From Eledone cirrhosa (taxonomy: Eukaryota): a stretch of 64,000 nucleotides of DNA. The stretch is from positions 130,696,001 through 130,760,000 of the forward strand of contig OZ024742.1 in NCBI GenBank assembly GCA_964016885.1. Reading direction: 5' to 3'. The translations under genes were made by a program, and so were the position numbers. The notes under the pieces were generated by a model. It searched no databases. It had not been told where the DNA came from and saw nothing but the letters and a program-made list of their open reading frames with translations. Each line of letters opens with the position of its first letter. The first letter of the stretch is position 1. This document shows, piece after piece, positions 28,304-41,100 of this stretch.

Positions 28304-29833
28304 TCCATACCTCGACGGCCTGCCGCGCCTCTCGGACAGGGAGGCGAAGTCCTGCGAGGAGCCGATTTCGGCCGCTGAGATAGAGGACGTGCTGAGCCAA
28401 TGCGGCAAACGCAAATCCCCGGGTCTCGATGGTCTTCCTTACGAATTATATCTAGCTATGCCGGACTTGTTCCCCGATCTCCTCGAGGCGGTCTACTGCA
28501 ACTGGCAACAGAACGGGAGAATTCCCTGTACTGTGACCAAGGGCGTAGTCACGCTAGTGAGGAAGGACGAGAACAAGGGGGACGAAATAAGTAACTTCAG
28601 GCCCATAACTCTGCTAAATACAGAGTTACAGATTTTGGCCAAGGTGCTAGCAAAGAGGTTGGCGCTTGTCGTGGGCAACCTGGTGGGAGATGCGCAGACA
28701 TGCGCTATCCCGTCCAGGTCCATCCATGACAACCTCCACCTCATGCGATACATCATAGAGAGGGTTGGGAACGAACCCGGCTTTGGTGGGGCTCTGATCA
28801 ACTTGGATCAATCTAAGGCGTTCGATAGGGTCGACCATGGTTACCTGGATGCGGTGCTAGCGGCGGCAGGCTTCGGACCCGTTTTCAGGGGCTGGATCAC
28901 TGCTATGCACAGCAAGGTGAACGGCTACCTCTCGGAGCCGTTCAAAATCGCGCGGTCCATCCGACAAGGGTGCCCTCTCTCCTCCCTTCTGTATGTGTTG
29001 ACTCTCGAGCCACTACTGCGGAAGTTGGAGTTGTTGCAGGGCATCCCTTTGGAACCGGGATTGCGGAAAGCGGTGTCGGCCTACGCCGATGACGTGACAG
29101 TAATGGTGTCGACGGCCTCCGAAATCGAGGCGGTCGGCACCTTACTGGAGGAGTACGAAAAGTTCACAGGGGCTAAGCTGAACCGGGACAAGTCGATCGG
29201 TTTGCAACTCGGCACGTGGAGGGGCAGACCGATGCCCTCCGATGGCGTCGTCGGACGCTGGACGGAGGGCCCGGTGAAGTTGCTCGGGGTCTGGTTCGGA
29301 CCGGACCTCCAGGTGGAGAAAAACTAGGCGGAGGTTACGAACAGGGTGTTTGCACTGACCCAGAAGTGGGCCAGTTGCAAACTATCCCTGAAAGGTCGGG
29401 CGGAGGTGGCGAACACCTACATAGCGTCCGTCATCTACTACCGCCTGACCGTAGTGCCCTGCCCAAGGGAAACCCTCACCAAGATGGAGCGCGCGCTCTT
29501 CCAATTCCTTTGGAAGAGGCGGGCTCCTATGGAGAGGAGATCCATCTGCTGTCAACACCCTTCGAAAGGAGAGCTGGGGATGCCGTGGCTAATGATGCGT
29601 AAACACGCATTAAGGCTACGGCACCTCTACGTATTCCTCACCGGACAACCGGTGTGGGCCTCGTTTGTGAGACGAACCTTTCCCAGACTCGTCACACTCA
29701 CCGAGCTGCAATCCTGGGTCAAGCAAAGACCGAGAAAACTGGGCGCCTGGCACACTGAGTGTGCCCAGGCGCTCACCGCCCTCTGGCAGGCGGATCCGGT
29801 TATCAGTGGAGACTCCACCGCAACATTCTATAG
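28304..29833 (+). mobile_element. L1/Tx1-like LINE copy A, 5' part (5'-truncated RT region)
   Basis: KSPGLDG, NFRPITLLN, DQSKAFDRV, RQGCPLS and YADD motifs; TAG stop at 29325; starts just after an (ATCT) repeat. Confidence 0.95.
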
Positions 29834-32800
29834 GTTGAGGGTAGGCGGCCTTCATGTTACCATTGCTTTAGCAGGGGTCACCTGAGGGCTTCCTGTCCTA
29901 AATTAATGAATAAAAAAAGGCTCTTCTGCCGACACCCATCAAAATAACACAACCACCAACACCACCACCACAACAACAACACACAAAAATAACCACAACA
30001 AACACAGTCCCACCAAACCCCACTCCACCTAAAACCACTGCAAAATCACATACAGACACAACAGCTCCCAAAGACATACCCCTCCCCAATCACACAGACG
30101 ATACAACAGATGAGGCTCTCTCGCCACCACCTCCTGAAAACAAAATACCTACAACAAAACGAAAGCACACACAAGAACTACAGACAAAAACAAACACAAC
30201 ACAAGAAAATTACACTTACACTTACATAAACACTGAAAACAAAACACTAATGGAGACCATCACGAACGACCCTTCGGTGAAAACCGAAGGGAAAACTTTC
30301 GCGCACTCTATTAAAAATAACAAAAAACTGAACCTAAAACTGATTAGGGTCCCTATACAAACTTATAGGTCCCTAAAAGAAACATTTGAGAAGGATGTGG
30401 AGAATTCCTGCGTGAAACCACTTAACCGCGTCCTTCTCAAATGTCTACCCACCCCAGACACCCCCATCCCACCAGACCTCACCCACCAAACATCTCCGTC
30501 CCCACCCCGCCGGAAACCACCACCAATCCAGATAACCCCTCCAACACCCCATGGAAATCGTGCGGCCTGGTCCCCAGGAGACGAAGGGTGAGTGAACTCT
30601 TTTCCTCTTTTAACTTTTCAGCACCAACATGGCCAATATAAGAGTTGGATGTGTGAACGTACGCGGCCTGGGGATGCCCTGGAAACAGGGCAAACTCTTA
30701 AACGACCTCAGGTCGCACAGTATGGATGTGGTAGCCATTTGCGAGTCCAGGATCCACAGCGAGCGACAGCTGGCCCCCATCTTCGATGACTTTGAGATCT
30801 ACGCATCTCTCTGTCAACCGGAGCCTCGTAACACAGACGGTACATCTGGACCCGGAGGGTCGACTGGTGGTCCTAGACGTTGACGGTAGTGAAGGTGGAG
30901 CCTTCAGGCTGGTGGCCGCATATGCCCCATCCGGGACACCGCGGCCAGACTTCTTCAAACGTCTAGAGACTTTTCTGGGAACGTCCCGCTCCTTGCTTTT
31001 AGTGGGGACTGGAATGGAATCCTAGATGCACGTTGGGACTATGTGGGAGCATGTCCCGATAAAGTGGGGTGTAACAGCCTCAAACAGTTAATCGACCGAT
31101 TTGACCTGGCCGATAGATATCGACTAGATATTCCGACTGCGCCACTGTGGACGTGGAGTAATCGTAGCGGAACATCTAGATCGTACCTAGATAGTGTTAT
31201 AGTTAGAAATAAGGATAGGGACATGTTAAGCTGTCCACAAATGTTCATGGTTGCCTATTCAGATCACAAACTAGTGACCTGCATGGCCAACCTTGATAGA
31301 ACCCATAGACAAGAACCCGGCTACTGGAAGCTGAACTTGTCGTTACCGACAAGCAAAGCCTACAGTAGACGGATTAGCACTTTAGTTAAACAGCACTTGA
31401 CAGGAGCCATTGTCAACAACAGATGGTGGTACTCTCTCAAGTGGGCAGTTAGATTGAGACTCGATAGTTTTTAGTAAAGAATTAGCGTTAGATAGAAATA
31501 GAACCGAGAAGGAACTGGTAGATAAAGTAGAAGAGGCAATTAGAAGTGGCAACGTAGCCAGCGTGCTAGCAACGAAAACGGCATTGGACCAGTTCTTCGA
31601 CGCAAAGCACGAGGACTGCGTTGTCAGAAGCAAAATACGTGCTCTGGGAAACGAGGGAGCCAAAGCTGTTAGCTGGGCCCGAGTGACGGAGGCAAAAAGT
31701 GGCAACAAGTCCACGATTCGGTCTTTGAAGGACCAAAACGGACGCGGGATACGTGAGCCGAAGCAGATGTGTGCGGCCTTTCAGCGGCACTTTGCTCAAC
31801 TGTTCGGGCGGGGCGGCGCGCCGGGAGGGGCTATGGATTTCGGTCCATATCTTGACGGCCTACCGCGACTCTCGGACAGCGAAGCAAAGTTCTGCGAAAA
31901 GCCGATTTCAGCCGCTGAGATAGGGGACGCGCTGAGCCAATGTGGCAAACGTAAATCTCCAGGTCTCGACGGTCTACCCTACGAATTTTACGTAGCAATG
32001 CCGGACTTATTCTCCGGTCTCCTGGAAACGGTCTACTGCAACTGGCAACAGATCGGGAGAATTCCCAGTTCTGTAACCGGGGGCGTAGTCACACTAATCA
32101 GGAAGGACGAGAATAAGGGGGATGACATAGGCAACTTCCGGCCCATAACTCTGCTAAACACAGAGTTACAGATTTTGGCCAAGGTGTTGGCAAAGAGGCT
32201 GGTGCTTGTCGTCGAGAACCTGGTAGGAGAAGCGCAGACATGCGCAATCCCGACCAGGTCCATACACGACAACCTCCACCTCATGCGATACATCATAGAG
32301 AGGGTAGGGTGTAAACCCGGCTTCGGTGGGCCCTGATCAACTTGGATCAGTCTAAGACTTTCGATAGGGTTGACCATCGTTACGTGGAAGCGGTGCTCGA
32401 GGCGGCAGGCTTCGTACCCGTGTTCAGGGGCTGGATTGCTGCAATGCACAGCAGCAACATCTGCTCAAGGGTCAAGGTGAACGGCTACCTATCGGAGCCG
32501 TTCCAGATTACGCGATCCATTCGACAGGGATGCCCTCTCTCCTCCCTCCTGTACGTACTGACTCTCGAGCCACTACTGCGGAAGTTGGAGCTATTGCAGG
32601 GATCCCTCTGGAACCGGGACTGCGGAAAGCGGCGTCGGGCTACGCCGACGACGTGACAGTAATGGTGTCGAGCGCCTCGCAAATCGAGGAAGTCGGCACC
32701 TTACTGAAGGAATACGAAAGTTTCACAGGAGCGAAGTTGAACCGGGACAAGTCCATCGGTTTGCAACTCGGATCGTGGAGAGGCAAACCGATGCCTTCCA

Positions 32801-34258
32801 ATGGCGTCGTCGGACGATGGACGGAAGGACCGGTAAATCTGCTCGGGGTCTGGTTTGGTCCGGACCTCCAGGTGGAGAAGAACTGGAACGAAGTGACGGC
32901 CAAGGTGTTTGCACTCACCCAGAAGTGGGCCGAGTGCAAACTATCCCTGAAAGGTCGAGCGGAGGTGGCGAACACTTTTATAGCGTCCGCCATCTACTAC
33001 CGCTTGACCGTCGTACCTTGTCCAGCCAAAACGCTCGCCAAAATGGAGCGCGCGCTCTTCCAATTCCTTTGGAAGAGGCGGGCTCCTTTGGTGAGAAGAT
33101 CCATTTGCTGCCAACACCCTTCTAACGGAGGGCTGGGGATGCCGTGGTTGACGATGCGCAAACACGCGCTCAGGCTGCGGCATCTCTACGTATTCCTCAC
33201 CGGACAACCGGTGTGGGCCTCGTTCGTGAGGCGAGCCTTCCCACGACTCGTCTCGCTGACCGAGCTGCAGTCCTGGGTCAAGCAAAGACCGAGGAAAATG
33301 GGCGACTGGCACATCGAATGTGCTCAGGCGCTCACAGCCCTCTGGCAGGCGGACCCGGCGATCAGTGGAGACTCCACTTCCTCATTCTATAGAGGGTTGA
33401 ACGGCAGCAAGTGCAACGACGCGCTCGGTGAAACTCTAGGCGTAGAGGAAGATGAACTGGCCAGTCTGTTCGGTAGGACCTTCCGCCCGGGACCGATGGA
33501 CAACTTCCAAAAGTCCCTGGTCTGGCAGTGCTACCGAGGAGCTCTACCAGTTCGAGACAAGCTCTACAGACATGGGCGCCCGGGCAGTGACCCTGCAAAA
33601 AAGATCTGTCCGAGGTGCGTGCGAGACGAAGAAACCGTCGCGCACGCATTCATACACTGCCCGGGCGTCACTGACCTGTGGGGCTATGTAGAACGACTAT
33701 TGTCGCGGGTGAGACCAATCCGGTTGACCACCGAGTCCATTGTCATGATCAAACCGCCACCCTCATTCAAAAACGAAGGCGAGGCGGTTTTCTTTTGTGT
33801 GATAGCTTTGGCGAAAGAGGTTGTATGGTGGACAAGGTTGAATGGGCTGAGGTCAGACACCTTTCTCTCCGGCCAACAACTGATTCTTTTTTTCAAATAC
33901 CACTTTGGAAGAAGAATCTGGATGGAGAGAGAGGTGCTGTACCCCAGCAAGTTTTATGAAAGGTGGGTGAAAGTGGCGAGAATGGCCCGAGTGAATGGGA
34001 CTTCTCTCTATATCAGCCTGTAGGTTGAGGAAAAGGAGGAGAGGAAAGGAGTACAAACTCTTTGTACTCCTGGAGATGAGGGTTGCACATTTTTTCGGGG
34101 GTATGTGTTACCCATATAAACTGTCTCCCCTATTGGGGAAAATCGACTAACTTTTTAAATTGCATTTGTGATAACATTTTACACGTTTTTATTGTATGTA
34201 AACTTCCCCCTTTGTATTTGTCCCCTTCTTTTGTGCCCCTGTGCCTAATAAAGAAACA

Positions 34259-34331
<73 letters not shown>
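29834..34331 (+). mobile_element. L1/Tx1-like LINE copy B, near full length, nested in copy A
   Basis: ORF1 C-terminal remnant (to 30591), ORF2 30629-34023, 3' UTR, AATAAA and (ATCT)n tail 34259-34331; flanked by a 232-bp direct duplication of copy A. Confidence 0.95.
30629..34023 (+). pseudogene. LINE ORF2 (APE endonuclease, reverse transcriptase, C-terminal zinc motif), frameshifted
   Basis: APE motifs NVRGL, E, AYAP, GDWN (across a frameshift), TW, LD, SDH; RT motifs RQGCPLS and YADD; CPRC...ETVAHAFIHC. Split over about six ORF-track pieces. Confidence 0.93.
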
Positions 34332-34332
<1 letters not shown>

Positions 34333-35525
34333 ACACGCATTAAGGCTACGGCACCTCTACGTATTCCTCACCGGACAACCGGTGTGGGCCTCGTTTGTGA
34401 GACGAACCTTTCCCAGACTCGTCTCACTCACCGAGCTGCAATACTGGGTCAAGCAAAGACCGAGAAAACTGGGCGCCTGGCACACTGAGTGTGCCCAGGC
34501 GCTCACCGCCCTCTGGCAGGCGGATCCGGTTATCAGTGGAGACTCCACCGCAACATTCTATAGAGGGCTGGTACGCAGCAGGTGCGACGACGCCCTCGGA
34601 GAAGCCCTAGACATGGAGGAGGACGAACTGGTCAGCCTGTTCGGTAGGACATTCAGCCCGGGACCTATGGACAACTTCCAGAAGTCCCTGGCCTGGCAGT
34701 GCTACCGAGGAGCTTTACCCGTTCGAGAAAGGCTCTACAGACACGGGCGCCCGGGTAGGGACCCCGCCAAAAAGATCTGTCCCAGATGCGTGTGCGACGA
34801 GGAAACCGTTGCACACGCATTGGTACACTGCTCGGGCGTAGCCGATCTGTGGGGCTATGTCGAACAACTGCTGTCAAGGGTGGGACCGATCCGGTTGACC
34901 ACCGAGTCTATTGTAATGATCAAGCCGCCTCCCCCCTTCAAAGATGAAGCAGAGGCGGTGTTTCTGTGCGTAATAGCCATGGCGAAAGAGGTTGTATGGT
35001 GGACGCGTCTGAAAGGACTGAGGTCAGGCACCTTTCTCTCTGGCCAACAACTGGTCCGTTTCTTCCGATATCATTTCGGAAGAAGGATCAGGATGGAGAG
35101 AGAGGTGCTGCACCCCAGTCGTTTTTATGAAAGGTGGGTGAAAGTGGCGAGAATGGCCCGTGTGAATGGGCCTTCTCTTTACATAAGCCTGTAGGTGGAA
35201 AAGAGGAAGGAACGAGGGAGCACCCCCTCTCTGTGCTCCTGAGGAAAAGGGTTGCACACTTTTTTCGGGGGTGTGTTCGACCCCCCAAGGCGCCTCCTCT
35301 CTATTGAGGATTTTGTTATAAATTTTATTTTTTGTTATATTTTATAACAAAATCCTCTATTGAGGATTTTGTTATAATTCTATTTTTTGTTATATTTTAT
35401 TTTATTTTTATATATTGTTATTGCCTCCTCCCTATTGAGGACGCCTTGTTTTGTAAACTCCCCCCATTGTACTTGTCCCACTTTTGATGCCCTTGTGGCA
35501 AATAAAAGAAACATATCTATCTATC
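34332..35525 (+). mobile_element. L1/Tx1-like LINE copy A, 3' part
   Basis: Resumes copy A (ORF 34382-35194, CPRC...HALVHC); ends gcccttgtggcaaataaaagaaacatatctatc. Confidence 0.93.
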
Positions 35526-35560
35526 AAGCGCCCTTGTGGCTAATAAAGAAATCTATCTAT

Positions 35561-36490
35561 CAAGCGGAAACGGCAATCAGCGGAGACTCCACTTCGACAT
35601 TCTATAGGGGATCAGTGGAGAATAAGTGCGACGACCTTCTCGGTGAAACTCTAGGCATCGAGGAGGACGAACTGACCAGTCTGTTCGGGAGGACTTTCCG
35701 TCCAGGGCCTATGGATAACTTCCAGAGGTCTCTGGCCTGGCAGTGCTACCGAGGAGCTCTACCAGTTCGAGACAAATTCTACAGACACGGACGCCCTAGC
35801 AGAGATCCTGCCAAAAGGACCTGTCCAAGATGCGAGCAGGACACCGAAACCGTTCTGCATGAAATTGGTCAGTGCCCTGGGGTGACCGACCTGTGAAACA
35901 GCTACTGTCACGTGTGGGACGCATCCAGTTGTCAGCCGAGTCCATCGTGAGGATCACCCCGCCGCCTTCATTTAAGAATGAAGGAAAGGCGGTTTTCCTC
36001 TGTCTGGTGGCTATGGCGAAAGAGGTAATAAGTGGACGAGGTTAAAAGGACTGAGGGCAAACACTTTTCTCTCTGGACAACAATTCATCCCCTTCTATAA
36101 GTACCACTTCAGAAGGAAGGTGAGAGGGGAGAGAGAGGTGCTACACCCCAGTAAATTTGCTGAAAGGTGGGTGAATGTGGTGAAAATGGCCTTCTCTGTA
36201 TATAGACCTGTAGGTTGAGGAAGATCAACAGAGGGAAGACGAGAACACCTACAAAACGTATTCCTGGTGTTGAGGGTTGTTCTATCCACGGGGTGTAAAA
36301 CAACCCTGCAGTAACGCCCCCCCCCCTCCTATTGGGGATTTCAATTGTTATTTTATTATATATAGTTTATTGTTATTTATTAATGTTAAAGTTATATGAT
36401 TTTTATGTAAAACCCCCTCCGTCACGTCTTGTAATGTCCCATTGTTGTACGCCCCTGTGGCAAATAAAAAAATATATTTATCTATCTATT
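35561..36490 (+). mobile_element. L1/Tx1-like LINE copy D (5'-truncated, older)
   Basis: MDNFQRSLAWQCYRGALPVRDK and CPRC motifs, small deletions, family 3' motif followed by atctatct. Confidence 0.9.
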
Positions 36491-36492
36491 AT

Positions 36493-36621
36493 TTATTAAG
36501 GCCAAGATAGAGTCCAGTTACTCTGGGGTTTCACCTGTATATTCACAGCGTCTTTTCTGTTGTCAATGGGAATACCCAGGTGAAACCCTAGAGTACCAGG
36601 ACTTTATCCTGGCCTTAATAA
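36493..36621. repeat. ~130-bp imperfect palindrome
   Basis: ttattaaggccaagatagagtcc...ggactttatcctggccttaataa. Confidence 0.8.
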
Positions 36622-36708
36622 AGAATAGTTAGGTAGATAAATCTCTACCATGGTAAAAGTAATCACTCTCGTGATTATCAATAATTAACATATATAAGAG
36701 TGTATGTG

Positions 36709-36759
<51 letters not shown>

Positions 36760-36820
36760 TCGCTCATGGTTCTGGATGCATGTATGTGTGTGTGTGTGTT
36801 AGGTTTGTTCACTTCTATAA

Positions 36821-37858
36821 ATAATTGTTTCTACTTTTGGCACAAGGCCAGCAATAACCAGTGCATTACTGGTACTTTACTTTATCGACCCCGTAAGGAT
36901 GAAAGGCAAAGTTAACCTCGGCGGGATTCGAACTCAGAATGGCAAGGGCCGTAACTCTATGCGTCAAAGCATAGCGTCCGACCCTCTACCGATACTGCCA
37001 ATCCACAGACAATTACTGCTGACAGTACTCAATACTGGTGAAAGAGTAAAATTTATTATATTCACATGGTTGTATTATATTTGTCTTCGTGAACAATAAA
37101 ACAAATCATTATTGGATTGGCAGTATCGGTAGAGGGTCGGACGCGATGCTTTCCAGCATAGTTACGTCCCTTTACGATCTAAGTTCAAATCCCGCCGAGG
37201 TTGACTTTGCCTTTCATCCTTACGGGGTCGATAAAATAAAGTACCAGTAATGCACTGGGTAATTGCTGGCCTTGTGCCTAAAGTAGAAACAATTATTATT
37301 GCTGAGTTCAAATCCCGCCGAGGTTGACTTTGCCTTTCATCCTTACGGGGAACGATAAAATAAAGTACCAGTAATGCACTGGGTTATTGCTGGTCTTGTG
37401 CCTAAAGTAGAAACAATTATTATTGCTGAGTTCAAATCCCGCCGAGGTTGACTTTGCCTTTCATCCTTACGGGGGTCGATAAAATAAAGTACCAGTAATG
37501 CACTGGGTAATTGCTGGCCTTGTGCCTAAAGTAGAAACAATTATTATTGCTGTTGTTGTTTTTGAGGACGGTGGATTTGCAGGACTGTTAGAGCGTATGA
37601 CAAATTACCTTATGGTATTTAGTTACGACCCTCTCTGATCAACTTTATCTTTCATCCTTTCGGAGTCAGTAAAATATAATTGTTTCTACTTTTGGCACAA
37701 GGCCAGCAATTATTCCAGTGCATTACTGGTACTTTATTTTATCGACCCCGTAAGGATGAAAGGTAAAGTTAACCTCGGCGGGATTTGAACTCAGAATAGC
37801 AAGGGCCGTAACTCTATGCGTCAAAGCATGGCGTCCGACCCTCTACTGATACTGCCAC
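36821..37858. mobile_element. Young SINE family A cluster (36821-37005 minus; three tandem plus copies 37110-37548; 37676-37858 minus)
   Basis: Near-identical to the consensus, in both orientations. Confidence 0.92.
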
Positions 37859-38173
37859 CAGTCAAGCACCGATGACGATATATTTGACTTATCGATCTGC
37901 CCCCAAATTGCTGGCCTTGTGCTTAAATTAGCAGCCCATACTATTGTGATTTAATCAAAGTTCAAATTCGATCGAGTAAAACTGAGGTCAAAGGAATTCC
38001 GGCCATGACTATCAAGTCTTTTTAAGGCTTAGTAAGTCTACATTATACAATATTTGCGGTCCTTATATATGGGTTATTTGAGAAAGACTTAGCTGTTATT
38101 TTTAGCAGGTCGAGCGACGATGTGAAGGCGTCATTGTTTCATGCATTTATTATTGTTGTTGTGAAATAGAGTC

Positions 38174-41100
38174 GTGTTGGGAGTTAGTGGTGGTGGTTGT
38201 GGTGGTGTTAGTGATGGTGTTGGGAGTTGTGGTGGTGGTTGTGGTGGTGTTGGGAGTTGTGGTGGTGGTTATGGTGGTGTTGGGAGTTGTGGTGGTGGTT
38301 GTGGCAGTGGTTGTGGTGGTGGTTGTGGTGGTGGTGGTTGTGGCAGTGGTTGTGGTGGTGGTTGTGGTGGTGTTGGGAGTTGTGGTGGTGGTTGTGGCAG
38401 TGGTTGTAGTGGTGGTTGTGGTGGTGTTGGGAGTTGTGGTGGTGGTTGTGGTGGTGTTAGTGATGGTGTTGGGAGTTGTGGTGGTGGTTGTGGTAGTGGT
38501 GGTGGATGTGGTGGTGGTTGTGGTGGTGGTTGTGGTAGTGGTTGTGGTGGTGTTGGGAGTTGTGGTGGTGGTTGTGGTGGTGTTAGTGATGGTGTTGGGA
38601 GTTGTAGTGGTGGTTGTGGTAGTGGTTGTGGTGGTGGTTGTGGTGGTGTTGGGGTTGTGGTGGTGGTTGTGGCAGTGGTTGTGGTAGTGGTTGTGGTGGT
38701 GGTTGTGGTGGTGGTTGTGGTGGTGGTTGTGGTAGTGGTTGTGGTGGTGTTGGGAGTTGTGGTTATGGTTGTGGTGGTGTTAGTGATGGTGTTGGGAGTT
38801 GTGGTGGTGGTTGTGGTGGTGTTAGTGATGGTGTTGGGAGTTGTGGTGGTGGTTGTGGTGGTGTTAGTGATGGTGTTGGGAGTTGTGGTGGTGGTTGTGG
38901 TAGTGGTTGTGGTGGTGGTTGTGGTGGTGTTAGTGATGGTGTTGGGAGTTGTGGTGGTGGTTGTGGTAGTGGTTATGGTGGTGGTTGTGGTGGTGGTTGT
39001 GGTGGTGGTGGTTGTGGTGGTGTTAGTGATGGTGTTGGGAGTTGTGGTGGTGGTTGTGGTAGTGGTTGTGGTGGTGATTGTGGTGGTGGTTGGGAGTTGT
39101 GGTGGTGGTTGTGGTGGTGTTAGTGATGGTGTTGGGAGTTGTGGTGGTGGTTGGGAGTTGTGGTGGTGGTTGTGGTGGTGGTTGTGGTAGTGGTTGTGGT
39201 GGTGGTTGGGAGTTGTGATGGTGGTTGTGGTGGTGGTTGTGGTAGTGGTTGTGGTGGTGGTTGGGAGTTGTGGTGGTGGTTGTGGTGGTATTAGTGATGG
39301 TGTTGGGAGTTGTGGTGGTGGTTGTGGTAGTGGTTGTGGTGGTGGTTGTGGTGGTGGTTGGGAGTTGTGGTGGTGGTTGTGGTGGTGGTTGTGGTAGTGG
39401 TTGTGGTGGTGGTTGGGAGTTGTGGTGGTGGTTGTGGTGGTGTTAGTGATGGTGTTGGGAGTTGTGGTAGTGGTTGTGGTGGTGGTTGTGGTAGTGGTTG
39501 TGGTGGTGGTTGGGAGTTGTGGTGGTGGTTGTGGTGGTGTTAGTGATGGTGTTGGGAGTTGTGGTGGTGGTTGTGGTAGTGGTTGTGGTGGTGGTTGGGA
39601 GTTGTGGTGGTGGTTGTGGTGGTGTTAGTGATGGTGTTGGGAGTTGTGGTGGTGGTTGTGGTAGTGGTTGTGGTAGTGGTTGTGGTGGTGGTTGTGGTGG
39701 TTGTGGTGGCGTTGGGAGTTGTGGTGGTGGTTGTGGTGGTGTTAGTGATGGTGTTGGGAGTTGTGGTTGTGGTTGTGGCAGTGGTTGTGGTAGTGGTTGT
39801 GGTGGTGTTGGGAGTTGTGGTGGTGGTTGTGGTGGTGGTTGTGGTGGTGGATGTGGTGGTGGTTGTGGTTGTGGTTGTGGTGGTGTTAGTGATGGTGTTG
39901 GGAGTTGTGGTGGTGGTTGTGGCAGTGGTTGTGATGGTGGTTGTGGTGGTGTTGGGAGTTGTGGTGGTGGTTGTGGTGGTGGTTGTGGTGGTGGATGTGG
40001 TGGTGGTTGTGGTGGTGGTGGTTGTGGTGGTGTTAGTGATGGTGTTGGGAGTTGTGGTGGTGGTTGTGGCAGTGGTCGTGGTGGTGGTTGTGGTGGCGTT
40101 GGGAGTTGTGGTGGTGGTTGTGGTGGTGGTGGTTGTGGTGGTGGTGGTTGTGGTGGCGTTGGGAGTTGTGGTGGTGGTTGTGATGGTGGTTGTGATGGTG
40201 GTTGCGGTGGTGGTATGATGGTGGTGGTGATGGTGGTAATGGTGATGGTGGTTGTGATGGTAATGGTGATGGTGGTTGTGATGGTGGTTGTGATGGTGGT
40301 AATGGTGGTAGTGATGGTTGTGATGGTGATGGTGGTTGTGATGGTGGTTGTGATGGTAATGGTGATGGTGGTAATGGTGGTTGTGATGGTAATGGTGATG
40401 GTGGTAATGGTGGTTGTGATGGTGGTAATGGTGATGGTGGTTGTGATGGTAATGGTGATGGTGGTTGTGATGGTGGTTGTGGTGGTGGTAATGGTGGTTG
40501 TGATGGTGGTTGTGATGGTGGTAATGGTGATGGTGGTTGTGATGATAATGGTGATTGTGGTTGTGGTGGTGGTTGTGGTGGTGGTTGTGGTGGTGGTTGT
40601 GGTGGTGGTTGTGGTGGTGGTTGTGATGGTGGTAATGGTGATGGTGGTTGTGATGGTGGTTGTGATGGTGGTAATGGTGATGGTGGTTGTGATGGTGGTT
40701 GTGATGGTGGTTGTGATGGTGGGTGTGGTGGTGGTTGTGATGATAATGGTGATGGTGGTTATGATGGTGGTTGTGATGGTGGTTGTGATGGTGGTTGTGA
40801 TGGTGGTTGTGGTGGTGGTTGTGATGATAATGGTGATGGTGGTTGTGATGGTGGTTGTGATGGTGGTTGTGATGGTGGTCGTGATGGTGGTTGTGATGAT
40901 AATGGTGATGGTGGTTGTGGTGGTAGTTGTGGTGGTGATTGTGATGGTGGTTGTAGTGATGGTGATGGTGGTATTGGTGGTGGTGGTGGTGGTGGTGGTG
41001 ATGTTGGTGATAGCGGTGATGGTGGTGGTGGTGATAGTGGTGATGGTGGTGATGGTGATGATGGTGATAGTGGTGATGGTGGTGGTGATGGTGGTGATGG

